63,634 bases of DNA, filler included, from Octopus bimaculoides (GCF_001194135.2; 4 parts of 4 records of this genome joined end to end with filler, not necessarily neighbours in it), one strand, 5' to 3'; positions 24,700 to 38,820 are shown, numbered from the whole stretch's first letter. Notes: generated by a model not told the origin, from the sequence alone. Made by a program: numbers and translations.

Positions 24700-27600
24700 A
24701 CACACACACACACATACACAGACACCATGCCTTCTGCCTCTCTTTTTATGTTCTTAGTATATAAATGCTTTGTCTTTTGGATATAATGTAAACCAACTGA
24801 TTGGTGGAATATTTGATTGAGGAAATAACAAGCAAGGGACAAACATATGACCTCTTATCTGCAGCCGATTAGTTTGACACTACCATAATGGTTTATTAAT
24901 TTTTTGAGAGTATTTGATGTTCAGACTGTGCTCTGATTCAGCGTTTATCGGGAAAAAAAAAACAAAAACAGATACGGTGGTAAACTTTTCGAGAATTATC
25001 ACGCGTATTTTCCGAGGCTGATCGCCAAACATACTTCTCACGCTTCGAGATAAGTCTTTAGTTGTATGGTTTAAGTAGATCCCACTAAGTAATCTTTCAA
25101 TTTTGTTAATATGTATTTTCCCAATAACTTCTCATTTATGAAAAGGAAATTTGTTACTGGGATACACCGGTTTAAATAAAATGAGCAAAGCAGACAGATA
25201 CTCATTGGTCTATCTAGCGTGAATTCACTTGACATCTAATTGTATTATTAGAATGCGATCTAAGCGACAATTCTACACAATTTTAGTTTATGAAGTTGAA
25301 CTAGATACCACAGATTAGACTAGAAGTAGATTCTGTTAAAATATAAACACATAAAGAAATAGATTGCAGAAAAAAATAAAACAACTCTTTTAAGAAAATT
25401 ACTTCGCAGAATAGTAGTTTTATTTCACTTATTTATTACCGTATTTTAATTCAGTACAAAACAAATTTAGGTCTGTGGTTCAATTGTTAACGAATTAATG
25501 GCTTGTATGTAATTGACAATTGAAGTCCATTACTTGAATTCATTTAGGAAAAAGATCAATCTCACGCAATTCTCCATCCATTGTGTAGCTAAATGTATCA
25601 GATAATCGTAAGAAAAAGAAAATCTCACAATAAGAAGAAAAATGTTCAATGCATACTCAATACATTTTCTCATCCATTAAATAGTAACTGGCAAATATAA
25701 AACAAAAAGAAAACGCAATCGCCGAAATAGATAACAATCGAAAGCATTTCCTTATTAATTTCAACGCTTCCTCGATTTTCTTCATTGAATGATGTAAACA
25801 CATGCTTGAAAGATCGTGTTAAATAGTACATTCCTCTTTTAGTTTAATTTAGATTCATGCGATATCACTTTCACTGACAGTATGCTAGGGTAACAGTCAT
25901 CACCATAACCGACATTATCATCATAGTTATCATTTGCTTCATCTGATTTAACTCATCATCATCATCATTATCATCGTTAACATAATTGAAATCGCTAAAA
26001 GTGCTACGTTAACCCGTACAACTAACACGCTAACTAACCCTTCAGTGAGAACCTTGTTTAAACAGATAATTTTAATATCACAAGTGTTTAATTGAAGCAT
26101 GACACAGAATCATAAAACGGTACATTACTTAATCATACACTGTTTCTCAACATTATATAGTATATGTAACAGCAATACGTCCAGCTGACACAATTAGTAC
26201 AAATACGAACAATAAAGTTACGCTTTACATTGACTTCAGATAAAATTATATCGTAAAACCTATTTTACGAAAGAAATATTCACCAACGATACACCTCAAC
26301 ATTCGAAATAATGCTATCTACTATTTTATCGACTTAATTGGGTGGATTTGGTTCACTAATAAATGGCAAATGATGAAACTTTTGACAAAAATATTCACTT
26401 GGTTTTTCGCCTAGTGGCTGTGTACAAGGGCATGGATTGGTCAACTGGCTTGTGAAACTAATTGGAAAGAAAAAATATATATATATACTTTTGAAATCCA
26501 CGGATAATCCCTATCAGAAATAGAGAGTGACATACACAAAGTTCTCAGAAATTAGTAACTTAAATATTTTTGTTAACTTATTTACTTTATCAAAAGCAAT
26601 TTCAAAAAACAACATATTTGTGCTTTAGTAAGAATGTGAGGTTGTCCATCGCTCATTGAAACAACGTACGGAAGAGAAACATATAGGAAATATCGAGAGA
26701 TATCCTTTCGATCGAGGAAGAAATATTATACTTGAGGACGAAATACTGAGCCAAAGTACATGATTAAGTAGTTACAGACACAACTGTAAAATTAGATACT
26801 TATGTCTCAGTGGTTAAGAGCGGGAAATAAAATAGTTCTTTGAATTCCTTTGAATTTATGTGGGTCTGTAGCTTCTCGAAATATACGCATTCAAAATTAG
26901 ATGGTTGGTTAGCTGAGGGATAAAGAGTAATGAAATGTGGCAGGGAATTTATAAATCCTAATCAATCCAAACGCCACAAGGCATACGAGTCCATATACCT
27001 TTAAAAGGTGCCGGAACAAACTAGAAGTGTGACAGTTTATAGGACAATAAAATGACTAGTATGTATGACATAGTAAAAGGTTCTTCAAAGCTACATGTTT
27101 TCAAGAACTGGGAAGGACATGAGGGAAAATTGAAAGTAGTGTGGTGCATTTCATGGGCCAACTAGGTTAGCACGCTCTAGATTCTAGAGTACTGTTAGTC
27201 AGTGTTCAGGAAATGCTGGAGGAGTCATCTCCTGCTCCTGTTTAGGCAACAATTGAAATGTGACAGGTTTTTCATCCGTACCACCCATAAATACCACACC
27301 TTCATTATATAAGTAGCCGGAGCTACAAGAGAACTAAGAATAAAAGAAAACAACGTAGAATATACTTTACTAGAAAATGCATGTATGCTTAGAATAGAAG
27401 AGTAAGCAAATACAGTTCAGTGAAAAGAATGAAGATGGTCCTATAATGGCCAGGCAAACGCCATAGTTCTCTGTGTAGTACGACCGAAAAAAAGAAGTCG
27501 CAGGGAGATATGCATAGTATTTCGGCTCGTAGATTTCGGAGCGAGATATTTTCGGAAGACTCCTTTAAATATGCAAAAGAGATATGAAAGAAATTCCTTG

Positions 27601-28569
27601 GAGTATTTCTAATCAGCCCAACTCAAAATATATTCGTGGAGCATTTAATTGCTGTACATTAGCTATATTCTACTGTTTGCTTAGATTAACATTCTTCGGG
27701 ATACATTCATACCTTTGAGTTGGGTAAAATAAAAACCAGCCAATTCCACTGATTGAGTAAATTAACCAAATCTCAAGCCAAACTTTGAAGCCTTGCGCCA
27801 ACAATTAGATATTATTAGCTATTATATTGAAAAGCGATATTTGGCAAGGTCAATTGGAAAATTAAATGTATAAGTCAAAATTTATGTCAGTGTTTATATA
27901 CCGATCTATATTCTAATGTTTTATATACTTTGATTTATTGTGAGCAATAAATAAGCTATTACATCTTTTTAGTACTTGGCGCACACTTTATTACAATCAT
28001 TAGCAAAATATATTGCTTAAAATTAGCCCAGTTCTTTGTACGTTTTATGAAGTTAATTCTGCGAAACAAAGACTGTATATATTTCAAACAATTGAAAGTA
28101 ATAAAATTGCGTTTCTCTCAAAATATTTTGTTTAATTCTTATCCAAAATTTGTAAGATGATTGAAGATAATTGATATGAAGTTATTGTTGTATATCCTTT
28201 CAAATACACCATAGTATTATTTAAGACAGCCATACCGATATCATCTCATTGCAGAATTTTTCTATTTAACGCGACAAAATATTTGTCATATTTTCTCCTT
28301 TACAGAGGAATGTATCTGTATTCACTGAGACATCAGCTCCAATATTGAAAAAAAGGGACAGACGGTTTTGCTTAAATTTGAAATAAAGACACTGACGTCT
28401 CCGGGGTTAAAAGTTAGTAGTTAGAGATTTCTAATAGAGAAAATTTCGAACAGAGAAGCATTATACGGTGCGACGTACAGAGCGAATACAATATACTGCT
28501 GAGAATTTAAAAGTGTATGTTTGCGTATGACTAAAAAGGATAAAGTTACTTCCTGAATCATATAGACTC

Positions 28570-28790
28570 TTAGAGCTGGTTGTTCTAATTTTCTAGGGTT
28601 AGACGGGACTCCCGGCTGCTCTGGTGCATGGCTACTCATTTTTGCCCGCTGAGTAGACTGGATTGACATGGAGTGTGAGTGAAATAGAGTGTTTTGCTCA
28701 AGAGCATAATGCATTGCCCAATTCAAGAATCGAAACGATGATCTTACAATTAGGATCCCAACATGCTAACCACTAAACTACACACCTCCA
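28570..28790 (-). mobile_element. SINE family B-related, decayed
   Basis: ACTCATTTTTGCCCGCTGAGTAGACTGG...GTGTTTTGCTCAAGAGCATAATGC...CTAACCACTAAAC is the reverse complement of the family B head and core. Confidence 0.65.
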
Positions 28791-29590
28791 CGGGGGAAAT
28801 TAAGGAAAAGGAAAATAACTTTTGTGATGTCCTGTGAATTCTGTACACGATTCTAAGTGTTCCTTTACAATTCCAAATCCTGTTCTGGGTGCATATTAAT
28901 GTATATGTAACCTGTATATCACGCTAACTCGTGACTTAACTGATTATTATCTTTTCCTTCTCTCTCTTATAGTTACAGACATGTAGTTATATATTTATGC
29001 CGCTCCCATTCTCTCTTTCTCCCTCCCCCCTCTCTCTCTCTCTCTTTGTATATATATATATATATGTGTGTGACGCATTTATTTGTATATAAACTTCTAC
29101 GGTCACAAATACACGATTATGCATTAAGTTATTGAGCTACTCAATTACATGTAGCGCAATACATTCTCTGTCTACTGAACACGTTCAATAATACCTGGAA
29201 AGGTCATTGGCTAGAAAGTTACGCATAGAATAAACATGGTGAAACAGTTGCTATACACAGCCGAATCCCCGAAAAATTAGATTCTCTTTCTTCTGATAGA
29301 AAGGAAAAGCTAAATAAAAATAAAATCAGAGAAATTACGAGGTTATTCCATACCATGTACAGGCGCATGGATGATCTGGAATCTGTACCGGTCAATGAGT
29401 GCAGAGTAATTCTGACCCCATAGCAACAGGTTAGTGGTCACCTCAACGATCCTTCTTTTAGTCACAATCTAGCAGCGCCAGCCTTGGCTTTTCCAACTGA
29501 CCTCATTCCAACCATTCCTATTGTAGCAAGACTGAATCCGCTGCAACAGACTACTAAGGTGAGAATCTGCATCAGTCATAACGACAGGCG

Positions 29591-29640
<50 letters not shown>

Positions 29641-31606
29641 GACTACTACTGCTGCTGCTGCTGCTGCTACATGAACAGCACTGATAAAAGATTCTCTCTC
29701 TCATACGTTCCATAGCAAATTACGTATATGGCCCACTTCCACTTGAAAAAAAAAAACCTGCCGACGGCATTTTCAAGGCATTGCATCTGAAAATTTGGTT
29801 TCAGCGGCAGCAACAACAAATGTTACTACCTCTTTTCTCATCCTCCCTTATGCCCTAGATGTATAAAGAACCCCTTCACTGCAAATACTGTCCTAGATAC
29901 AGGGTCTGTAGGCCGGACCTTAATAAGGTTGCAGAAAAAGTAACAGGTTTGCCTTCTTCCACTCTAAACTTTGTCACAATTCTCTGACTGTAAGTATATA
30001 CCCGAAACTGGTGATTTGAAAGACAACAAATAAATGATAGACAAACAGCAAAGAAAAGAAGATGCAGCCACCCCTCACCTCCAAGCATGGACCATAAAAT
30101 AATTTCAGCCATTGAGGAAAACTTCAACAACAAGCAAAATAAGCAAGCACGACGTATCACCGGTTCAATTGATTAATCAAAGAGAAATTTATTTTTCACT
30201 GACCTACCCGGAAAATTTGAAAGCGGACCTGTGCCTGTAGATTCAATAGTCTGTCAGCAGTCAGTTGTTAAAAAATCTTGGACCCCCATACACACTATCA
30301 ACCAGAATATCACTCCTCTCAATTAATCCTGTACATAAACAGCCTACAGTGAATAAAACAAAATGCGTAAATCAAGGTTTTTGACAAAAATCATCGAGAC
30401 TTCGTTTCGACATTCTTACGAGAATGTACGATGCATAAACCGTCATTCATAATGGAGAGTTTCATATATTGAGAGTTGGTTTGCTGCAATAACCCACTGT
30501 ATTTTTTCCTTATCGTAACGATAAACCACCTAAACAACACTGACATGTATGCTGAGCTGCTGTAAAAGAAAATTTCACTACCATCTGTGCCGAAATAAAA
30601 AGAAAAACAGCCATTTTTCTTTCATGATGTCTTTGCCGTGGATGCCAATAATATGATTCGCTATGGCTACTATGAATGCATGACAACAGTGTTAATAGTG
30701 TAACAATTGTTCGTCTCTATAGGCGTCTCCGGATCGTCTGCAGTGCTTTTAAGAATGCCTCAACAAAGTCTAGTTCTTTCTCTCAAAGCATAACTCTGCG
30801 AACGTTAATGACAGGTGATTTTAACTCTCCTTATTTATACTAGTCTAAAAATACCATGAAACTAGATAGCAGCATCTCAACTCCAGACAAAGCTATCTAG
30901 TTTAATGGATAAATTTTTCTATCCCGAATTGTGCTTCAGCCCCCCCCAAAAAAGAGAACAAAAATATTTTGGAAATGATATTAAAAAACGACTATATATT
31001 CATCCATAACATATCGGTTAGCCAAAACTGAACTAGAGACTCCACCTCCCGTGCAAGCATTCGATAACATTAATCTTCACAAATAGACCGGGGTGCAATT
31101 AGATAAGGTCTGTCGATTTTTAGCTGCTTCTTCACTCACGCTTTCTCTGATACTGAAGCAACGTAGCAAAAACTCACAAGCACAAAGAGAAGCAAGCACT
31201 GGAGAAAGAATGACAAAACACCCACAGGTAACTCAAAAGACTCAGTAAAAGAACAAAAACAAAACAAAAAAACAAATTAAGCAAAACTAATTAAAATGCT
31301 ACCACCGACAGACAGCATCGACAACGAACAGTAATAAGAAGGCTTGAATTTGGAAAATATCGTCTGCAGAGCAGAACAGCATGAAACGTATGTGAACAAC
31401 CAAAGGGTTGCAGAGGAAAATTAGTTTATAAAATATATCTAACAGCGTCCAAAAGTGTTAAAGGTTCCATTCATTTGCCAACAATCATAGGACCGCTGTC
31501 GTATGATAACTTTTATCTGTGGTCCATTGATGAATGACGGTAAACTCATAGACTCTGGTAAAGCGAATGCGTTGAAAGAAGCACATTATCTTCTCTCGGG
31601 AGAACA

Positions 31607-31720
31607 ACTCACGGTATGAGGCTTAGGAATAATTTCCATTATTTACATTATTAATATTTGACGGATATTTCTCGTCATCTTGTTTGTTGTTAACACAACG
31701 TTTCGGCTGATATATATTTA
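31607..31720 (-). mobile_element. 3' half of the hammerhead-bearing SINE (family D), inverted relative to the next copy
   Basis: Reverse complement TATCAGCCGAAACGTTGTGTTAACAACAAACAAGATGAC...ATATCCGTCAAAT matches 31916-31975; lacks CTGATGA. Confidence 0.8.
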
Positions 31721-31752
31721 TAAGCCCTAAAATTCAGTCCATAATTGCCCAC

Positions 31753-32012
31753 GGGCATATGGCGTAGAGGTTAAGAGCGCGGGTTACTAACCCCAACATT
31801 CCGAGTTCAATTCCAGGCACTGATCTGAATAATAATAATAACATCGAACAATACCTTAGGAATGGGAACCCAGGTTCCCAAATTCCCCAATTCATCTGAT
31901 GAAGGCTGGAGGGTATATCAGCCGAAACGTTGTGTTAACAACAAACACGATGAGAACAACTATCCGTCAAATGTAAATAATGTACGTAATTCCTCGTCTC
32001 TTAAATATAGAA
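31753..32012 (+). mobile_element. tRNA-head SINE (family D) containing a minimal hammerhead ribozyme fold
   Basis: A box TGGCGTAGAGG 31760-31770, B box GAGTTCAATTCC 31803-31814; CTGATGA 31896-31902, stem GGCTG/CAGCC, GAAA 31924-31927. Confidence 0.75.
31891..31936 (+). ncRNA. Type I minimal hammerhead ribozyme-like motif (PLE-type, loopless palindromic stem III)
   Basis: CAU-CUGAUGA-A-GGCUG[10 nt]CAGCC-GAAA-CG-UU-GUG: intact CUGAUGA/GAAA core, ACGU palindrome at stem III, GUU triplet; stem I is only 3 bp in this copy. Confidence 0.6.
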
Positions 32013-35000
32013 ATGTATTAGGAATATTGTTGATAAAACAAAATGTCTCGTAGAAAATGATCTTCTAGATCTTCCGGATTTCCCGGTCAAGAGAACCAGA
32101 GAGTTATCACTAATCATGGCATGATGATTATGAGCACCGCGTTAAAATATTGAAACTTGATTCTCTCCAACGTGGCTCTGGGAGTTATATCATTTGCATA
32201 ATATACTATCAACATTGCCCAAGCAATCTATATATCAAATTCAGAACTCACCCAAGGCTGAAGTCCCGTGTAGTATACCTCTGACAATTCAGATTCACAA
32301 TACAGAAGCCATGGCAACACAGCTGCCTCAACAACCCAAAATATAAGAATCTATCAAAAAGAATCAATGAATGCAACGATTCCATCACTTTTAAACGACA
32401 GCAGAAAAATTGCTTCAAGAGATGCCAGGCAAGTCACTGATACTCGGATAAAACTCAATGAACGATTCCCTACTTGAATAGGCCCTTATTCTACTGAAAT
32501 ATATTTAATTTTGTGAACTGGGTGTCGTCACATATATGCTTCATACATTTAATGTTTAATACTATGCGAAACACTCAACTGACGGTTCTAAAAGGAATAG
32601 CTGAACTTCGTTGAAAATGTCAAGCAAAAGGCGTCCTGGGGATTGTTAGTATTTTTCTATTTCATAGTATATACATTAATACAGAGAAATATATACACAT
32701 ATCATTTCAAAATATATATATATAATTAAGAGAAAAAATATATAAAGAATTATCGTCAGTAATATGTTTGTAAATTTACAGCATAATTTTAAAAATAGCG
32801 TGGTAAAAAAAATTAAGTGTAAATTGCCTAATGCATCAATTAGACGACGTCTTGCGAATTAGGTCTAACACACATTTGGCTAAAAATCATTATAAACTTG
32901 TGTGTCTCCGCCTACATAAATTACTATGTGATATTGTAAATTATTAACGAATTCGTTTTTGTGTTGTCTCTTATGAAATCAACTCTTTTGTATACAATAA
33001 GTGAAAGTATATGGAGAAAATCTAACAGCTGCGTGTGTTTGTATGTAAACATGTGTGTATGTATGTATATATATATATATATATATATATAATTTCACAC
33101 ATATGCACAAATATATTTTCGGAGCAAAAGAGACAGGCAGTGATATATACATATGAAATATTAAAATTCAGCATTTAAAAAATAAGACAAAATAATTATA
33201 TATACATATATTTTTATTCTTTGAATATTTATGCTGGTTTGTATTTATCTGTGAAAAACTAATGAGAAAAATATTGAAAATATTTTGAAATAATTAAGAT
33301 TGAATATAAATCCCAAAATATACGTCATACAACAATGAACGTACAATGACAGGAGACATTTATGGACCCAAGAAAAACAAATCATTTGTTAAAATTAATG
33401 CTTTGAGAATTATTTGGGTATATGTATATGTATATGTATGTATGTATGTGTGTGTGTGTGTGTGCATGTAGGTGTGGCGACATAGTAATTTATATTGAAG
33501 CACAGGAAAAAATTATGATTATCGCAATTGTTAATATGCTAAGTATGAATTATTTAAACAACAGTTATACTTAAATTCCCGGAATATAACGCACTGAAGA
33601 CTATAAAAATATAAAACAAAAATGGCGAATTTAATATATACAATATTTTGTAGATAAGAAACGATTGATTTGTTTTTATATTATTTAAATATTATCTTCT
33701 CGGTACAAATCGGGCATGTGGAAAGAAGTATAGGAATGGGTATATTTTTCACTGTTTCAGTTCAGTTTAAATTTAATCTTTAGTACAGCAAATCTATTCA
33801 AGTTAAAATGGCAGACTTTCATTGACACATTCATTACAGCAGACCAGTGAATCCTGCTGAGAGAGATTCAAATATTTTCTAAAGAAAATTTAAATGACAA
33901 CAATGATCTTCCTTTATACGATCGACATTGTTATATGAAGTCAATAAAAATATATTTATATAACAGCAAGTATAAAGCCTATATTGATCTTGTACATCTC
34001 CAGTGTATTCAAATGGCATAGACCTATGTGTATTTGACTATATGTATGTGAGTATGCGTATGTATATGTAAGTGTATATATATATATTTTTATTTTATCT
34101 AGTTTCAGCTCATGAGCTGTGGCCATGCTGGGGCACCGCCATATATATATATATGTATGTGTGTGTGAGTGTGTGTGTGTGTGTGTGTGTATGTATANNN
34201 NNNNNNNNNNNNNNNNNNNNNNNNNNNNNNNNNNNNNNNNNNNNNNNNNNNNNNNNNNNNNNNNNNNNNNNNNNNNNNNNNNNNNNNNNNNNNNNNNNNN
34301 NNNNNNNNNNNNNNNNNNNNNNNNNNNNNNNNNNNNNNNNNNNNNNNNNNNNNNNNNNNNNNNNNNNNNNNNNNNNNNNNNNNNNNNNNNNNNNNNNNNN
34401 NNNNNNNNNNNNNNNNNNNNNNNNNNNNNNNNNNNNNNNNNNNNNNNNNNNNNNNNNNNNNNNNNNNNNNNNNNNNNNNNNNNNNNNNNNNNNNNNNNNN
34501 NNNNNNNNNNNNNNNNNNNNNNNNNNNNNNNNNNNNNNNNNNNNNNNNNNNNNNNNNNNNNNNNNNNNNNNNNNNNNNNNNNNNNNNNNNNNNNNNNNNN
34601 NNNNNNNNNNNNNNNNNNNNNNNNNNNNNNNNNNNNNNNNNNNNNNNNNNNNNNNNNNNNNNNNNNNNNNNNNNNNNNNNNNNNNNNNNNNNNNNNNNNN
34701 NNNNNNNNNNNNNNNNNNNNNNNNNNNNNNNNNNNNNNNNNNNNNNNNNNNNNNNNNNNNNNNNNNNNNNNNNNNNNNNNNNNNNNNNNNNNNNNNNNNN
34801 NNNNNNNNNNNNNNNNNNNNNNNNNNNNNNNNNNNNNNNNNNNNNNNNNNNNNNNNNNNNNNNNNNNNNNNNNNNNNNNNNNNNNNNNNNNNNNNNNNNN
34901 NNNNNNNNNNNNNNNNNNNNNNNNNNNNNNNNNNNNNNNNNNNNNNNNNNNNNNNNNNNNNNNNNNNNNNNNNNNNNNNNNNNNNNNNNNNNNNNNNNNN

Positions 35001-35194
35001 NNNNNNNNNNNNNNNNNNNNNNNNNNNNNNNNNNNNNNNNNNNNNNNNNNNNNNNNNNNNNNNNNNNNNNNNNNNNNNNNNNNNNNNNNNNNNNNNNNNN
35101 NNNNNNNNNNNNNNNNNNNNNNNNNNNNNNNNNNNNNNNNNNNNNNNNNNNNNNNNNNNNNNNNNNNNNNNNNNNNNNNNNNNNNNNNNNNNNN

Positions 35195-35237
<43 letters not shown>

Positions 35238-36914
35238 TACATATGTATATAGACATATATATATGTATAAATGTATAGATGCCAGTAAAGAAGTGTTCTG
35301 ACTCTCTGTTATTTCAGTTCGTAACCCGCGGAGATAAAATTGCAAGACCGATACCTTGCACTTATTCGTTCTTTGTGTCTAAGCTGTGTTCACAAACATC
35401 CCAACATTTTCGTATGGCATATGAGGTGTAAATCCCGATTTTCCGCAACAAGTAAAGTTTTGTCATTCGTTACTGCGATGATTTCATTCATTCTCATTGG
35501 ATGTTACATGTTTACAAATCGTTTTCCATAATTTAGATTATATTAGATTACACTGTAAATTAGTTATACGCCAAGACGTAAGAAGTACCATTAGTATGAA
35601 ACAACAAAGAATGTCTCTAAGTAAGCAAAACGTTGTGCTCGGCTCGCGTCAAAGAAGAAAATAAATATATCTCGAACATCATGGAAATAAGAGTAAAACA
35701 TTTTGAAACTAGAAATTGTGGTCTCGAAACTTACTATTGAAGTTATTGATTAAGTGTTGCAAATCATTGATATACTCGATAAGAAATGATTCTCAATATT
35801 TACTCATATCTTCAATAAAGTAAATAATAGAACGAACAAACGGAACCAGCTGGAAATTACGAATATGTTTCCCAACTGTGAGGATGTAATTATTTTTAAC
35901 TTACGCCCTTTAAATATATATCACAGTTTGTGTTCCAGGATAATTAAATCGCTGCGTTAGGAAATCATTGAGACAGCTGCTGATATTTCATTCAAAACGT
36001 CAGATGAGTTTCATTGTAGAAAAATGAAAGGTATTTCCTCTTTGCAAAAAGAGAGTGTTGTTTGAAACAGCACTTACTTTCGTTCATGCGTTTTTTTTAT
36101 TTGCAGTATGTAAGCAACTCTTGAAAATATAATAATTTGCTGATGCAGCAAATTCCTACTTAGGTAGAATTTACGCGTACATACATATCCGAAACTCAGA
36201 TTTTGTCTTCTTGACAATGATATATCGTTTTCTAAATGTATTGCAAGTGTCATTGTGTAATAAAGAAGTTTTATATTGGCTAGAATAGTTACAATCATTT
36301 TATAAACACCTGCTCACGGACTATCTATTCGAAGATAACATTGCTATGAGTTATAACAAACTCATTTAGCAACTATACAAGTCAAACCGTACATTTAAAA
36401 TAATTATATATAATACGTTTTCTTTAATATTTTCTCGTGTTCAAGTGTGTGTGTGTGTGTGTGTGTGTGTGAGTGTGTGGGCATATATATCATTCTTATT
36501 AAAACCATTACCTGCCTTGAAAGAATCAATCACGTTGACTCGTGGTGCATATAAAAACACTCGTAATTATATCGTTAGCAGACAGGGATCGTCTACCACG
36601 ATACATCGATCTTTATTTTCTTATTTTCCTTATCAAGTTTATGATTAAGTACACGCTCTACAAATGTTTCCCTCTTCTTTCACCATATTTCTCCTACTTA
36701 TCTCCTCCTTCTCTCTACTATTCACAAGAGCGGAGGGTCTACAAATTTGTGATGCGAAATACCCACACCCGCCCATCACTTGTACCTGATGTGAGTAATT
36801 GGCCTTATCTCCCTTTCTATTGCTGTGATTGTACTCCCAATCTTGGCCAACTAGTTTATATATAAGAAAATACAACGTCACTGAAACACAAGTAACCAAG
36901 TCATTGTGGCAATT

Positions 36915-37035
36915 ATTTCAATATTGGTTTCAAATTTTGGCACAAGGCCAGCAATTTATGGGCGAGGGTTATGTCGATTACATCGACCCCAAACCTCATC
37001 TGGTACTTATTTTTTCGAATCTGAAATTTCATCCG
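36915..37035 (-). mobile_element. SINE family C, 3' fragment
   Basis: TTTCAAATTTTGGCACAAGGCCAGCAATTT...TCGATTACATCGACCCC...CTGGTACTTATTTT matches 2055-2140. Confidence 0.65.
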
Positions 37036-37459
37036 GCAAGCAGCCTACGGTTAAGCAGCACATGCCCGGTTGTCATCCAGAGACTGCTCACACGTAAAGT
37101 TAAAGGCAGTGAAAAAGACGATTGGGACAAGTTGATATATTGAAAAGGGAATTACAAAAGCTGGACGAGAGATCTCCAGCGGTTCCCGCCTGGATACTTT
37201 ATCCCTATCAATTTTTTACACACAATAAAAGTTCCTAATCTATCTTTTAAGTATTTTTTTTGTTTTGACGTTTGGAATTACGTTTAGTACCACTTCATCT
37301 TTCTTTGGTAACGTCGGTGTAGAATAGCTCGAGACATAAATTAAGCGAAAGTCACAATTCTACGAAATTTCGTAAAAAACACAGAAAAGTTAGAATATAG
37401 TTTGTAGGTTGAACGTCATATTTCATCTTTTTTTTTCTCAATCTTAAACATTAACTGCT

Positions 37460-37559
37460 NNNNNNNNNNNNNNNNNNNNNNNNNNNNNNNNNNNNNNNNN
37501 NNNTTAATTAATTAANNNNNNNNNNNNNNNNNNNNNNNNNNNNNNNNNNNNNNNNNNNN
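37460..37559. other. Artificial scaffold spacer N44-TTAATTAATTAA-N44
   Basis: Same layout as 13453-13552. Confidence 0.9.
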
Positions 37560-37594
<35 letters not shown>

Positions 37595-38386
37595 AGCAAC
37601 AACACATTTTAACACTATACATGTGTTCAACATATATGTGTGTATGTAGATATTCATGTGTGTATGTGTGTGTGTATATATGTATATATACACACACACT
37701 CATACATACACACCTTACTTACGTAGCTTTAAAACTTCCCGGAATATTTATTCACCCCAACAAAACCGGGTGGGAATGAGATGCCGTTAGAAGCCACGAA
37801 GTGGCTGGTCACCTGTACACACACACACACACACGATATCTGGCATTGCACTTGTCTCTTCCTTCTTCCACACCGTTACCTCCGCTTTCGTTTGTCTTCT
37901 TCCTTTTCTTCTTTCTTCTCCTCCCCTTCCTCCTCCTTTCACTCTTGGCCAGCACTTGAAGAACCAGTTAAACTTCGGTGTCCTGTGTGGTGGAATCTAC
38001 CTCGCCACCATCACCACCTCTACCACAATCACCGTTGACACTACGCCGCGCCTCCACCGTCACCGTCTACGTCACTCCTTCCATGACCCCACACCCCCAC
38101 CAACGCTGCCTTTCACACCCAACACCTCTCGTCCACCCGTTTCTCCTCCAGACGATCTCCATTACCAGCCATCAATGCCTTTAGGTAACCCGATAGCTTA
38201 TCTGAAGTGAAGAGGAGGCTAACATCAATGCCAACGCTCGCTGTTTCCTTTCACATGTGGTATGAGTTGGGGGCCAAAGAAGAAAGATGGGCGACGCAGC
38301 AGCGTTGGGGGTTAGATACTTCCTACTTAATAGCAGCAGCAACAGTAGTAGTGGTGGTGGTGGTGGTGGTGGTGGTAGTAGTAGTG

Positions 38387-38427
<41 letters not shown>

Positions 38428-38619
38428 TTATTGCAGTTGTTGCTGATGTTGGTAGTAAGGGATGACGGTTTTAGATGGTGGTGATTGCCCACCGTGGAAG
38501 GGATTCTGACGGTTATAGATGTAGTTGTGGCTCTTGATAAAGCTGCGGCTGTTATTGTTATTATTGTTGCCGTCGTATATATGTATATGTATATGTGTGT
38601 GCGCGCGCGCGCGTGTTTG

Positions 38620-38820
38620 TGTGTCTGTGTTTGTCCCCCTAGCATTGCTTGACAACCGATGCTGGTGTGTTTATGGTCCCCGACACCTAGCGGTTCGGCA
38701 AAATAAACCGATAGACTAAGTACTAGGCTTACAAAGAATAAGTCTCGGGGTCGATTTGCTCGACTAAAGGCGGTGCTCCAGCATGGCCGCAGTCAAATGA
38801 CTGAAAACAAGTAAAAGAGA
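38620..38820 (+). mobile_element. SINE family A, 3' half
   Basis: GCTTGACAACCGATGCTGGTGTGTTT...GCGGTTCGGCAAAA...GGCGGTGCTCCAGCATGGCCGCAGTCAAATGACTGAAA. Confidence 0.9.

Larger units (their letters stand above)
30330..32480 (+). mobile_element. Highly decayed CR1/L2-like LINE (APE endonuclease, linker and C-terminus; RT not seen), interrupted by SINEs
   Basis: IVRLYR (about 30706), LMTGDFNSP (GDFN 30814-30825), NILEMILKND (30963-30992), GPL..DGKLIDSGKANAL (about 31490-31575), YEHRVKILKLDSLQR (32129-32173), DSITFKRQ...NDSLLE (about 32380-32480). Confidence 0.7.

Noticed and set aside
33956-35345. Long ORFs of 300-480 aa in the ORF track (also 45285-47727, 61810-63269 and others)
   Set aside because: Made of N gaps and (AT)/(GT)/(CA) microsatellite translations.
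37790-38190. C-rich plus-strand frame ending in a phase-1 donor (TTAG|GTAACC, 38185) as Alx exon 1
   Set aside because: Low-complexity (CCA/CCT/CA repeats), the only in-frame ATG is three codons before the donor, the donor is weak and no motif is present. The eh1 exon is a much better candidate, though this one is not formally excluded.
38287-38484. Poly-Ser/Gly ORF resembling a transcription-factor low-complexity region
   Set aside because: Translation of (GGT)/(AGT) microsatellites with no supporting splice sites or unique coding context.
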